64,000 bases of DNA. Origin: Ophelia neglecta (taxonomy: Eukaryota). The DNA is taken from NCBI GenBank assembly GCA_965285935.1, contig OZ260667.1, positions 39,246,001 to 39,310,000 on the forward strand. Reading direction: 5' to 3'. The position numbers and the translations under genes are program-made. Below the pieces are notes generated by a model. It searched no databases and had not been told where the DNA came from. It worked only from the letters and a program-made list of their open reading frames with translations. Positions 38,701-51,400 of the stretch are shown here, piece after piece. Each line of letters starts with the position of its first letter. The stretch's first letter is position 1.

Positions 38701-40617
38701 CCTCCTTTGTCCCACTTCAGCTTTTATGAGGATGTAAATAATGACTGGTGTACTCGCGGCCCCTAGCATTCATAGCGGTAGGAGAGCTTGAACATGGGGC
38801 TCAAAGCACCTGTCATAAATTTCGTCAACATAGCAGGTTTCTGAATAATGCATTGTGTCTTATTAACACAAAGCTGTTGTCGTAGGATATACGAGAGCAT
38901 GATTTTTATCCCACTGATACATTTGTTTCCGTGTCGCTGTGCTTTCAATATGCTATATTGAATGGATGCTGTTAACTTTGAAGTCATAAATATTTATCAT
39001 TTCGCGACTTTGCTGACTCAGTTGATTGTTTCCGGCAACTGAAGTGTATCCATAGGAAGGAAGATGGGATCAGGCTTTGATGGGCGGAGATGTGTATTTG
39101 TGTTATTTGATCAGCAATAATGGCAACACATTAAATGGACAATTCGGCAGACACTACAAGACTCTTTGGAAAGGAGAAGGACATTATGTTGCATCAATTG
39201 ACGATAAATCTAACTGTGTGGTATTAATGTAACAAGAATTCAGTAACGGCAATGAAATTTTGATATGTTTAATCAATTATATGCCCTTTTATGATTTACA
39301 TTTGAGAAATTATCTCGATGAGAAACTACGCTTGATATCTAAACTAAAGATACCTCAGCAGATAGATGTGTATATTTGGTAATGTCTTATTGAGATTATT
39401 GATGAATGACTCCTGCTTGGGTTTCATTACCCTGCTGTAGTTCTGTAGTTCTGGCACTAATCATTTTAGTATTTTAATGTTTATATTATCTCGTTCTGGA
39501 ACACACATAAGCATTTCAACTAATGATTCAACTCGTTGTGGAAACCAAAAGACTGAACAAGTTTCTTCTAACAAACTTGTTTTGCATAGTCTTAGGAAAC
39601 GTTACATAAATAATCGAATGTGCAACTTCAGATTTACCTGAGGAGGTGCACCATCACACTGAATAGTGCATGGTTTCTGGAAACGACACAAACATGATCA
39701 AATCCTAAATAGATGATACATCTCATTCAGTCGAGCGAAGGCGTGATTGATGGCACCATCAGGCTTTTGCTTAACATCAATCAACTTTATTTTTTGTCTC
39801 ATACATCTTCCTGATCAAAGTTCAACACAATAATGTTGACAGCACATTGATCTTTTATTTCGTGGGCAAATATACGGAAACACTGTGCTTATCGCCATCA
39901 TTTTAAAACAGGCATACTAGGCATATATATTAACAATGCATGTCATGATGCCCTCCCATTGTGCACTCAGTGGCCCTATTAGGCTAAAATGAGTTTGATA
40001 AGGAACATACACAAGGAATGAACATGTTTATTTCATTTCTGAGCAGTGGCGTATATGAAAAAAACCAATACCGCATTTTGTTACAAGAATGGTTTACTTG
40101 TAGTCCAAATAAATTTTTCTGAATTATCGTTCTCAAATGTGACATGGGCATGTAATACTCATGTTCATACCGTGCCCCATTTACAAGCAATTGATTCCCT
40201 CACAGCAAATATAACTAGGCTTGTGACCAAACACATATTTGACCCCGAGTCACAATTTATAAGAGATATATTTGACTGCCGAAAATAGCATATAAAAACA
40301 AAAAAAAATATGATTCCATCATATTTCTTGGGAAACAACAGGTTTAAATCAGGAGTATATCACAGGTATTCGTACGGTGTTAACTAATTGCAGTTCGGTT
40401 GGGCGCCGCATTCGCACTTCCCGACAGCCTAACATACTGCGATGTAATCAAAGGCCGTCTACATAATGTGTCCAAGAATCGGCCCTTCTTTGATTAATAC
40501 TGATAATCTTACATCTAAGGCCTCCGTGGACGACAAAACTCACTTAAATCAGTGAATAAAATGACAGTTAGAAGTGTCAGAAAGAACTCGCGATAAGCAG
40601 CAGACTCAAGTGATTTA

Positions 40618-41603
40618 CTAGTTCCTAGTTCCTAGTTCCTAGTTCGAATTAGGAAATGAAACTCAAGCCATTTCCTAATTCCAGTTCCTAGTTCCTTATT
40701 CGAAATAAACCTACTAACCTAGATCTAAGCACACAATATCACTCTTTATGACCCCTAGTGATCATTTCTGCCCAAAAAGAATCAAAATCCGGCGGTTTTT
40801 GGCCCTTTTTCGCCCATTGAAAGTTGAGGGGAAAGAGGCCGCCAGCCGAGTTAGCCTACCGGGCGCCGCCGGTAAGGCCATGAGGTCGGAGGGGGTATAC
40901 AATTTGCAGGAAAAAAACATGCAAAATTGGCCATCTAGAAATGATCCTGGGAGCGTGAAACGCCTATAAAACACAAGTACCCGTTGCAAAATTTTCTGGC
41001 CCACCATGAATTAGGAAATGGCACTTAACCGATTCACTATTCATTAATCGCCGAGAGTAAGTAAATATCCATTTTAAGAATTCCAGGCAACTTCCAGTAG
41101 CTTCTAATGATGACTTATCTTTACTGGTATACCTACCAGGTCATTAGACACAAAGGCAACGCGATTTTTCTCCATTATTTGCACATTGAAAACACAAAGT
41201 CGAACTAGGAACTAGGAACTAGGAACTAGGAAATGGCCAGTTCCTAGTTCGAAAGCCTAGTTCCTTATTCAAAAAACGATTAAAAAATCACTCTAAAAGT
41301 ACCTAAATCAACCATGTTTCATCTCCAAAGTACATTTCCGGCCCAAAAAACTTGAAATTCGGCGATTTTTGGCCCATTTTCGCCCATTGAAAATCAAAAT
41401 CGAATAAGGAAATGGCCAATCTACGCAATCTACCCAAAATTTAAGGCCACCATTCAACTCTCCATGGCCCTAAAACAAATTTCTGACCCAAAAATTACAA
41501 AATTAGGCGATTTTTGGCCTATTTTCGCCCATTGAAAATCAAAATCGAATAAGGAAATGGCCAAACTACGCAATCCACCCAAAATTTAAGGCCACCATTC
41601 AAC
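40618..41603. repeat. Complex repeat: inverted (CTAGTTC)4/(GAACTAG)4 arrays plus a 145-bp-period tandem duplication
   Basis: Heptamer arrays at 40618-40645 and 41202-41229. Units at ~41354-41458 and ~41499-41603 are near identical, with related units near 40765-40820 and 41160-41210. Many TCGAA(C/T)(T/A)AGGAA variants occur in both orientations. Confidence 0.8.
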
Positions 41604-42594
41604 ATTCAACAAAAATTATAAATAAGACATTCTGGAAAGCCTTAACAATGAATTGGAAATCATTTGCTCTTTATTCAACAGGTCGGCGGATGCGATGAAA
41701 TGACGGTGTTTTTCATTTTCGTCGTAATGTAGCAAGACCAAATGTAATGTAATATTCAAATTAAAGACGACTATCATATACGTCTCATGCTAACATTCAA
41801 TTTGAATAACTAGACTATGTACCTTTAAAAAGTAAGGCACGCCATCAAATTGCACACACACAAAATAATTCTGATCATATTATATTTACTAAAAGGAATT
41901 TGTTAATGCTTCGAAAAGGTTAATTTCTTATTGAACAGCCAGATAGCATCATTCATAACCGATAAGCATCTCAATTAATCAATACATTTTATCGATGCTT
42001 GACAATGTGGGCAAAAAGCAAATAAAACCGCACCTTCAAACGTAACTTAACATTTTCTTATATAACTAGATGCAACAGGCAACAGATTATGCTGTATCGT
42101 ATCCCTAGTTAGATAATACACAAAATATCCCAATTGAAATAGGAAATCCATCCACCTACAAAAATATACAGATCATGTAATGGGACGTTTACATTACAGT
42201 GTATATAGCAGACCTGCCCTGACTTCCTGCGCGTTAATGAAGAGGTGTTACTTGTTAGAAGATTAAGCAGCCACGCGATGTCAACCCTGAGCCGGAACTG
42301 GATGGTATTTTTTGTCGGTGGGGGATGCTAATTTGGGTCATTAGTATCGCAATTTGCCACAGGAGGTCATAGGTTTAAAGTTATGGTTTGTCCGAGACAC
42401 ACACGAAGGCCACAGACAAATTAGTCACTAGGGGCTATTTGGTATGGGATGTCTATTTAGTTCCTGTTTCATGCAATCCAAAGAAAAATGTATGTGGAGC
42501 ATCAGCATTGTCACTGTATAGTGATACCCATACCAATAATTAAAGTTATTTGCATACAGTTAATGATGTATATTACAAAAGAGGGTTGAGGTAA

Positions 42595-42974
42595 GGGACG
42601 GACCATTCAATATCTGGGGGGGGGGGGGGGGGGGGCGACAATTAAAAAAAAAAAATTGTTTGTTTCTGGTTATGCATAAAAAAAATTGTTTGTTTCTGAC
42701 TCTGGAAAAAATAAATTGTTTGTCTGATATTCAAAAAGATTAACAAACCAAAGGCTCCTGCTAACTATGAACGCGAACACTGCCTTTATTTTAAATGTTT
42801 GATCAAGGCTAGGGAAAAAATATTTGACAGAGATTTGTTAGAAAAAAAAATTGTTTGCTTTCCAGATAGGAAAAAATAAATTGTTTGTTTGTCCAAAGCT
42901 AGAATTTTTTTTGTTTCACCAGAAAATATTTTGTCGCCCCCCCCCCCCCCCCCAAATATCTAATGGTGCGTCCC
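42595..42974. mobile_element. PIF/Harbinger-like MITE, 380 bp
   Basis: TIRs GGGACG(G/C)ACCATT..ATAT(C/T)T, poly-G, CGACAA. TAA duplication at 42592-42594 and 42975-42977. Internal AAAAATTGTTTG repeats. Confidence 0.88.
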
Positions 42975-43550
42975 TAACGCCAATCAGACGAAAATCTAAA
43001 TAACGAAAACACTCTAAGTTATAAAGTTTCTTTGCATATGACTTCCCATCAGTGTTAAATACATTTTATTTATCTTGTTTACAACCGTTAGGCTATCACC
43101 ACGTCAGATGGCAATTTGGCAAGACTCTGACGATCACTTTTTTGTTCAGAATGTCTTTTTAAACAATCCCGTGAAGTTACATGTTCATCATTGTAGAACA
43201 ACACTAGTAAACAATTTTATAGAACTACAGTGTGAATGAGTTGTTCTAACTTCTCATTCAAACATAATTCAAGAACATTGATATAATGTTTAAAACCATC
43301 CCAGTAATAACGATTCTTTAATATCCTGTATTACTCTCATTTTTGTTGTTGCATCTTTGTTGTATTTTACACAATGATCTGCATAACGAGTTATAGTTTA
43401 CTAATATGAAGACATATACTATAAGTTCCTAGATTTCATTGTTTAGTGTTTACCCCTTGCGCTAATACTACTATCATGATGCTAACCGCAGTTTATTCAT
43501 TTGTGGAGCTTGTTTTTTTTTCGCATTATTGTGCATTTGGATTGCTGGGG

Positions 43551-43635
43551 AAGAGCGCAAAATATCGATTATATGTAAACTTTGAAACCAGACAGATACA
43601 TACGAGATTATTGGATTTACCGTTTTCAGCACCAA
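43551..43635 (+). repeat. 85-bp diverged direct repeat, copy 1
   Basis: Colinear with 45024-45108 (shared AAACTTTGAAACCA..ATACGAGA..GGATTTACCGTTTT.AGCACCAA). Confidence 0.82.
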
Positions 43636-45023
43636 AACCTAAAGCAATAAAACCGAATTGAATTGCATTGCATTGGAGCTCATGGAGTTATAACGATATC
43701 TTTCCTCCAAAGTCCCTCCCCCCTGTCCCTCAACAACTAGCGAAACAATATAAAAAATCTTTAAATCGTATTCATGTTTGAAAAGGCGAATAATGGGGCA
43801 CTTCAACACGACAATGTGCACTATGTGGACTACAGATACATCAACAAGTTTTTAAATAAGTAATCATTCCTTTTTTTCTTGTGAAATGATCGGAGCACTT
43901 GATATTGGACTTCACTGGCACTCATTGATAACTCATAGGGCCGCGAAATTTCAGCACATTTGAACAAGTCTCTCTTTGTATAATCCTATGCTGGGAAGCC
44001 TTAGTGTATACATTTGTCAATTTTGACACCCGGGTTCTCTCGAGAATATCCATAATGCGTCTGTGTATCCACTGACATTTGCAATATGACAGGGCTGCCA
44101 TAAGAAATGGCTTATCTGTTACAGAAGGTCAGTAGATAATTTTTTGCATGATCCTAGAGCTATAGCATAGATGGTAATTCTTTGGTCAGTGCTGTCTTGG
44201 TCAATAATTTATGTAGTCGTAATATTGGCCAACTTATTCGCCGATGAATCCCCTATTACCAGTCACGGTACATAGAAATTTAGCTGTGCGTATTTTTAAG
44301 GCTATGGATGGGGCTTGGACTATGAGCTAGATGATATTCAACCATTAACTGATAGTTACTTATATTTGCCGACCGATTTAATCGAAATTTCTTGTTTCAT
44401 GATGATGCTTTGTCTACCGTGGATACACTCATACTTGTTCAGAATGTATGGGAATATGGGAGGTCTAGTATCTCTTCCATTTCTATATAGCGATTCTATG
44501 AAAGAACATTGAACCAGAAAAAATCAACTTTTTAATTGGCGCTTAGTTTAAGATTTTTTAAATAAATGGCTCCATGTGACATTTATGTCTATCAATTTTT
44601 GCCTATGGGAGCGAAGGGTTGCCTGGAAAACTCTGAAAGGTTTGGGTCAGAGACAAATATTTATGTCTCCTTTCCATCTCTCGGCAATTGAGTAAGCCTA
44701 TCACATGCAATTGCCTTGATCCATTATAAAGATAGTGAATAATTTTGACATTCCTTGCTTTGGCCGTCATAAATGATTATTTCAAAATCAGACAATCACA
44801 TGAAGAAGATAAACCACCAGCATGTCGGTAGTCGCGGGTTTATTTGCATGTTCTACCGAATTGAGAATTGGTTATGCTGGCTGTGGTGAAAACTGATAAT
44901 TAATTTCATCCAATGACAGAGGCGAATGTGAAGGATATTATAACAAATAAGATTATCGTATGATAATGGGATGATTGTACCTTTTTGGTTCTTTCGATAA
45001 GATCATATAGCACATGTGACAGA

Positions 45024-45108
45024 AAGAACGCAAAATACCGAATATATACAAACTTTGAAACCAAAGAGATAAATACGAGAGTAACGGATTTACCGTTTTT
45101 AGCACCAA
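45024..45108 (+). repeat. 85-bp diverged direct repeat, copy 2
   Basis: Colinear with 43551-43635. Confidence 0.82.
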
Positions 45109-46759
45109 GAGAAATTTTGATAAAAGCATCTCCGATCCAACATATCGAAATCCTTTCATAAGGCACATATATATTCATCTATATCTTTTATGATTTAATC
45201 AATTTCATAATAATTCAAGTCGGAAAATTTACAATCAAATGTGAAAGTAAAGGTTTACACAACCTTTCATTACTAGTGATTATCACTCGTAAAAGGGAGG
45301 GGGCACCATTCCAACCAAAGTCACAGGGAAAATTACAGCGCTGACCATAGGCCAATGATTGCCTCAGACAAATGAGGTAATGATGCATCACTGCCTTTTT
45401 GAAACTATCAATATCATAACATTTTCAACGATTATGAAAAGCATTTTTTATTTTGTATAACCAAACAATACGCATGTATATTAAACGCGATATCTCAATT
45501 GTGGTAAAGATTCTTTCACTATGGCCTTGGTCTAATTTGCGCTTGCGTCACTTTCAATTCCACAACATTAAGCTAACATGCCAAATAAGATAAAATTTGC
45601 TATCACCGTGGTTTGCCTTCCAGTCATTGCCATGTGTATTTATTTATAATGCTTGCAAACTAACACGCAATTTCCGACGGCAATGTCCCCTATATATGAC
45701 CTATCGTGGCAGGCCACTATGAAGATATTAAGATATCAACCGACATCAATATAGCTTGGGTATCAATACACAACACCTTTGCGGTCGAAAAGACGGACAA
45801 AGCAAATTCGTAGTCACAAGTAGGCTATCAAATCTGTCCGAATCTCCAGGAACTGTCAGCTGCAAGCCCACTTACATCAAGTGCCAGTTTTCTAGCCGTA
45901 ATAAAACTGTGGATGCAATCCGACCTCTAACGTCCATACAGTGTATATACAGTGTATATACAGGACATATGCAGTAAAAAAAACATTCTGTTTTATCCTT
46001 TGTCGAGAATATGGATCAATATGTACCACAATTAATGTTTCAAAACAGTATGCAAACACAGAACGAATATTAGGCCACCAGTTAAGAATAAATAGATATT
46101 TTGGAGACCATCCACTACCATTAATATCCAGTTTTAAGCGGAACACGCATGACACCAAATGCCCAAATTTCACCAGTATTAACATTTTGTACCAAAATGT
46201 ACATAATATATTATAATATAAATTTTTTTTCTGGTTGATTGACTAGCAGAGTATAACTATAAGTTCGCTATGTTACGAATTTGATCTGTGTGATCTCTTG
46301 TCACATAACTCTCGGAAACATGTCGGACGCAATCAGGGTCTATTTATCGTTGCACTCATGCTTTACTGACTTTCATTTTTTATTTCAAAATACACTGATT
46401 GGAAATTTATATCTATATCCATCAAATCAATATCAGCTTGCACTAAATATTTTACCTGAGATTCTACAAAACTTCAAAGCTTTTGATTAATTGTTAAACA
46501 AATGGCGACATAATGATAATTATAAAATCACATCATACTTGTTTCGATATAGAGTTTCACACCTGGTTATATATAACCGTATAATAAGTTTTAGCCCATT
46601 GCTGGATTATATGATTTGTGCATCATCGTAGATACAAATCATCAATACAAAATAATATACGTAATAGTAGTATCAATGCACAGAAACAAAAACAATAGTG
46701 GGTCGTATAACCAATTTGATACTGTTTATGTGTCAATTAGCAGCATCATAACTCTTGGA

Positions 46760-47414
46760 TTTAGGATTTGGATTTTGGTGCTTAACGACACATAATCACC
46801 ATGTTGTCTATTTCGTGTCTTAAGTTCATTTAGTATCTGTTGTGTTGTCTGCTTTATTTACATGGGGATAATAGGAAGACATAAGTGGTTATTGAACTCT
46901 ATTTCATAAAAATCGTCCAGATGTTTTTCTTACTAAAATGTGAAAAGGAAAATAAAAAGTTAGTAGTTCAATAAGTAGATAAAAGAAGGATCCAAAATGT
47001 TTAAAATGTTGCCATGTTATATATGTCCTTCATTTTGAATAAGAGATCTATAGTTTTCCAGATATTAAGGATCTGCTGTGGACATATCTTGTCGAATAAG
47101 GTTTTGAGGCTGTTCACGTTACAAAAACGGTTTCTACCCTCGATTGAATCGCTTCATTCCAAAAGAATATGTTGGGTGGTAATCTGGCAATGACAGGATT
47201 CGCAAAAAGGTGGATCCTCTCAAAAGATGAGTGTGTGTGAAATGAGAGAGGCCAATGCGCAGACGAGACATGAACAAGTCGTCCCTCCGGGAGACAAATT
47301 GTTGTCGAAAAGATTTCGTCATGGGGCAGAAAGTGTGCAGTTTGTTTTCTATGGCCTGGTTCCAGGCGGTCTGCCATTTTTCCAGCCATACTTGTTGATG
47401 GGGGTCTTGTAATG
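46760..47414 (-). mobile_element. 5'-truncated I-group LINE 3' end, same family as 4218-5330, with target-site duplication
   Basis: WQTAWNQAIENKLH..RRDDLFMSRLRIGLSHFTHTHL matches the 4620-4955 ORF, and the 3' UTR terminus is shared. (AAATCC)-type tail. ACTCTTGGA is duplicated at 46751-46759 and 47415-47423. Confidence 0.9.
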
Positions 47415-48280
47415 ACTCTTGGAGAGACATGGATAGTGCTTATACTACATTGTGTAATTGGTAAAAGTTATTATTAATAGAGGACACTTGCCAATCAACC
47501 GTTGCATCATAAACTGGGCAATGGAAGTAAACAACTGCCCAAATGAAAGTTTTTCTTTTCAAAAACCGGCCCAAGCAATCGCTGTTGGAATTTTCTCGAT
47601 TATCAGATGATAAATGATCAAATTACAACGGCCGGCGAAACAATCACAGTTTAAGGGTGAGGCTGGAGAGAGGAATTCAGGCACTCCTCATACAGAATTG
47701 AGAATTGAGATCAGTTGGAGGCAACCAGTCGTTGTTTTCTTTTCACTTGGTAAGAAAGAACCAATATATCAGAAACTTGACAGGAAAAAACACGAAGGTC
47801 GACTTCCAGAACCTTGAAAATCAACATCTACATGCAATTTTAATTTATGTAAAAACCGGGAGACCTGGAAAAAGACTGGGGACATATTTATGAATGCCTC
47901 GACCGCAACCAAGCAGCAACATGATGTATTAATATACATATGCACACATTGCGTTTCAAACATTTAGATCATTTAATCTTTGCTTGTTACTTATCGCATG
48001 CACATGTAGACTATAGTAATCTCATAACCTGACCCCAGGATTAACGTATCGGTTCCCATTATTAGAAGTAGTATTATTTTAATGACAATCACCGTTTTCA
48101 TGGCTCTTTAGTCATCACTGGGCCTTTCACATTTGGCCCATCTGAGCTAGGGAGGTAAAAGGGATCTGAATTATCCTACCATCAATGTACAATGAGGATC
48201 GGCATTGGAATTACGCGTTTCATATCAACTTCTTTAAACAGTAGATCATAATGTTTAGCTCCTCATGATACCTGGTGACA

Positions 48281-48439
48281 AGCCACTGAAAAGAGTATGG
48301 TTTAAAACCAAATAAAAAAGTGTAAGAGAATAGCCACTGAAAGCAGTATGGCTTAAAAACAAATAAAACAGTGTAACAGAATAGGCACTGAAAAAAGAGA
48401 ATGGCTTAAAACCAAATAAAACAGTGTAAGAGAATAGCC
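48281..48439. repeat. Minisatellite, ~51-bp unit x3
   Basis: AGCCACTGAAAAGAGTATGG(T/C)TTAAAACCAAATAAAA(A/C)AGTGTAAGAGAAT units start at 48281, 48332 and 48383. Confidence 0.92.
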
Positions 48440-51400
48440 CGACATTGACAGTGGTCCAAAAGGGTCTTTATATTCTGGTAAGGTTGTTACAGTGACCTTT
48501 TAATATGTGGCCAGTTTATATTATTTTCGAACGGCCCCAGTTTAGCAACCAAACTGATTATCATAGCCATTCAACCCTAGACGGTGTTATATTATCATCA
48601 CTTGAAGACAAAAATATTAAATGTTAAAAAGGAGTTTGGAAAACAAAGAAATGAAGACCGAGATATAGAAGTAGTTAGGATTCTGCAAAACTACGACGTC
48701 TACCATTTTCCCATTCAGATATTGGCTAACCTGTATTCAATGAGTTAAAAGGCATCAATGTTCCGTTAACAGTAATGACCCCAGCTTTTCCTTCGAAATA
48801 TTGGCACATCAGAAATAAAAGAATGGAAAGACTCCTGCATAGTCAACACCCAACAATTGATCGACGCAATGACGTGAATTAATGCTAGTTGTGTTCTGAC
48901 AACTATGATAGCGATTATTGCATCATTACAATGCAGCATTGGGCTAGGAAATATTCCAGCTTTGACTAAAGTTAAAATAAATACTAAACCAACATGGAAC
49001 TTTGTTACATGAGGCTACATTTATGGAGATGGCAGCCCTCACATTAAGTCATGAATATACTTTCAGACGGTTTATGTTTTCTTCTTCTTGTATTCTTCAC
49101 GATTGAACTGTGGCCGGTCTTTATGTTCGTTCCCTTTCCTTTCCAAGACGTTTTATTTTTATTAATTTTTTGTCCAAATATACAAGCTTTAAAACTCTGA
49201 AAATATTTTATCATAGCAAAGGAATCAGTGGAAATATACAGTATTGTTTTGACCCAAACGATGATCAAATCAGCAAAAATGCTTGTCGACAATAAGTCAT
49301 TTACCCACCAATTTATTGCCTCATTTCCAAAATAATATTAAATAATTGAAAGCAGTCGGTGGTTGCTACAATATTTTCAATATTTGGATTATACAAAACA
49401 TGAAAGGATAGTCGACGGCAATGACTGTTCAAATAAACGAAATTAAAAGGTAAAGTCATGATTTTGACAAGCAATTAATCTGCAATATGACTCGCCTTTC
49501 TAATGCATAACTCATCAAACGACAAAACAGGCAGGAAAATATCAATAACATCTGTCCAACAGGCATCTGAAGGCACAATGTGAATCGATAATAAATCCTT
49601 TTACTAGCTAGCCACGAGAAGTTGTGATCATTCTCAACAAAATCTATAACAAAAAGAGTCCGTGATGAAGTATGAAGAAGGTTAAATAAAGTCTCTTATA
49701 AATACAACGGGTCTACAGTTTAGGTTGTATTCTTCGCACTCGGTCTAAAAGGATGTAATAGGTACAGATTCAGTGGAAGAAAAGTGTCAATCTCTCAACA
49801 ACAATTCATAAAGATGTTACCTGTACTTGGCAAAATGATCTATTTCAATAAGTATAAACAATATGAATAAACCTTAATCAATAAATCAATTTAAACAGCG
49901 CCCCATTCAATACACTGTTCTGTAGCAGTGTACAAACAGTTTGCCAATATGAGCAAGAACTAGTTAAGAATAAAACAAGGATGGTAGCATTTATATGCAT
50001 GGACGAAAAAACGAAGAATGAAAGATTAAACAATGATGATAGAATTTATATACATGTATATAAAACAAGGAATAAAATGTCAGCTAAGCTAACCAAAAGT
50101 AATTGTAAAAAATAGGTCTCGTAAGACTTCTATTAAAATGGACAGTCCAGAAGATGTCGTTATATGCCACAGAGGAACATGTGTCACCTGGATTTGGCCT
50201 GAATAAGGAAATGTAGGCCAGCGGAACGCAATACTGAATAGGATGAGGCCCGAAAAGGGGTCAGGTCTGCCGAATAAGCGCCGTGGATACCAACCATTGA
50301 GGCCGCTATATGTAATTAACTGAAGATAATGGTGATCTGAGCAACCTGAGAATTGGTGGGATGTGATCTGACATATGTGTATTTTTGGAAATACAAGCCG
50401 CAAAGCTTTATATCCGCTGCAGTTTGAAAATGGAACCAGCCGGTAAACCAACAAGCAGGGAAATACAATCGTCGAGACATTAGGAGATATTAAAATGCGT
50501 GCATTGCTTTTTTCTAGACTCCCTCGGGAGTTTTTTGCGAATTGTTCTGATGTAACGCAGATGAATATCTGATTATTTGCAAATGGTGTTACCTGATAGG
50601 TGATGTTTAGAATGGTTTTAAAGTGAAATCCTAGAAACCTAGGTCCACCTGAGAAGCAGAAACAATAACAAAGCCACTATTAAGGACCCGGTTCTTGAGC
50701 AAGTTGCGGCAGTGTGAAGACGGGAATAATATCAACTGGGCCTTATCATCTTTCAGCTCAAGCATATTATTTCTTATCCCCAACCCAATTTCACACACAG
50801 GTATTCGTCTTCATTATCCAAATATAGCTGATTACCACCAGGGTACAGGTGAAAATCGATCTTATAATTCCTGTGTTTTGCCATGACATACACAGAAGGT
50901 AGAGGGGGGCCGGGACTGGGGCGCCTAAACATGATGATCTGAATGCCGAGTGGCAAAGTATACGGTTTATGTTCAGTCGTTTAGGTCAGCTTCCTCCATA
51001 GTAATACATGACCCTTCAGATCGCATGACATTTCCGACCGTTTTAGTAAACAGCCTGATATATGATGTCAACTGCTTTACTGAGGTCGAGCCACTTCGTT
51101 ATATCTGCTTTTTTCCCCATCAATTGCTAGCAGAATATTATTCTGAATTCCTAATGTAGATGTTTTTGTGCAATGACGTGTATACAGGGAAATACTGGTA
51201 AATCTGTAAATAGCGACAATGAGCAACACGGATTTACGTTGAGTGTTGGGCCTTAGACTCAATGTTTGGCTAATCGCTAATTTCATAAAATGCAGTATGC
51301 TACGTTTGAAAAAAGCGAAAACTTTCAACGCGCAGTTTGAACAACCAGAGTAAAATTCAAAATAAATAAAGCATAAAGCGTTTTTCACCATCCATATATA

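Noticed and set aside
40618-40645. (CTAGTTC)n as an interstitial telomere
   Set aside because: It does not match TTAGGG or TTAGG-type repeats and it is embedded in a larger structured repeat.
47614-47893. ORFs with RNQYIR..GRPGKR resembling an RTE C-terminus
   Set aside because: The diagnostic W.GHxxR motif is absent and the similarity is too weak.
48281-48439. Regularly spaced repeats as a possible CRISPR array
   Set aside because: The units are contiguous with no unique spacers, no cas genes are present and the context is eukaryotic. It is a minisatellite.
50514-50535. CTAG next to the small hairpin ACTCCC-TC-GGGAGT as a Helitron 3' end
   Set aside because: The hairpin directly abuts CTAG without the usual spacing, and no 5' end can be identified.
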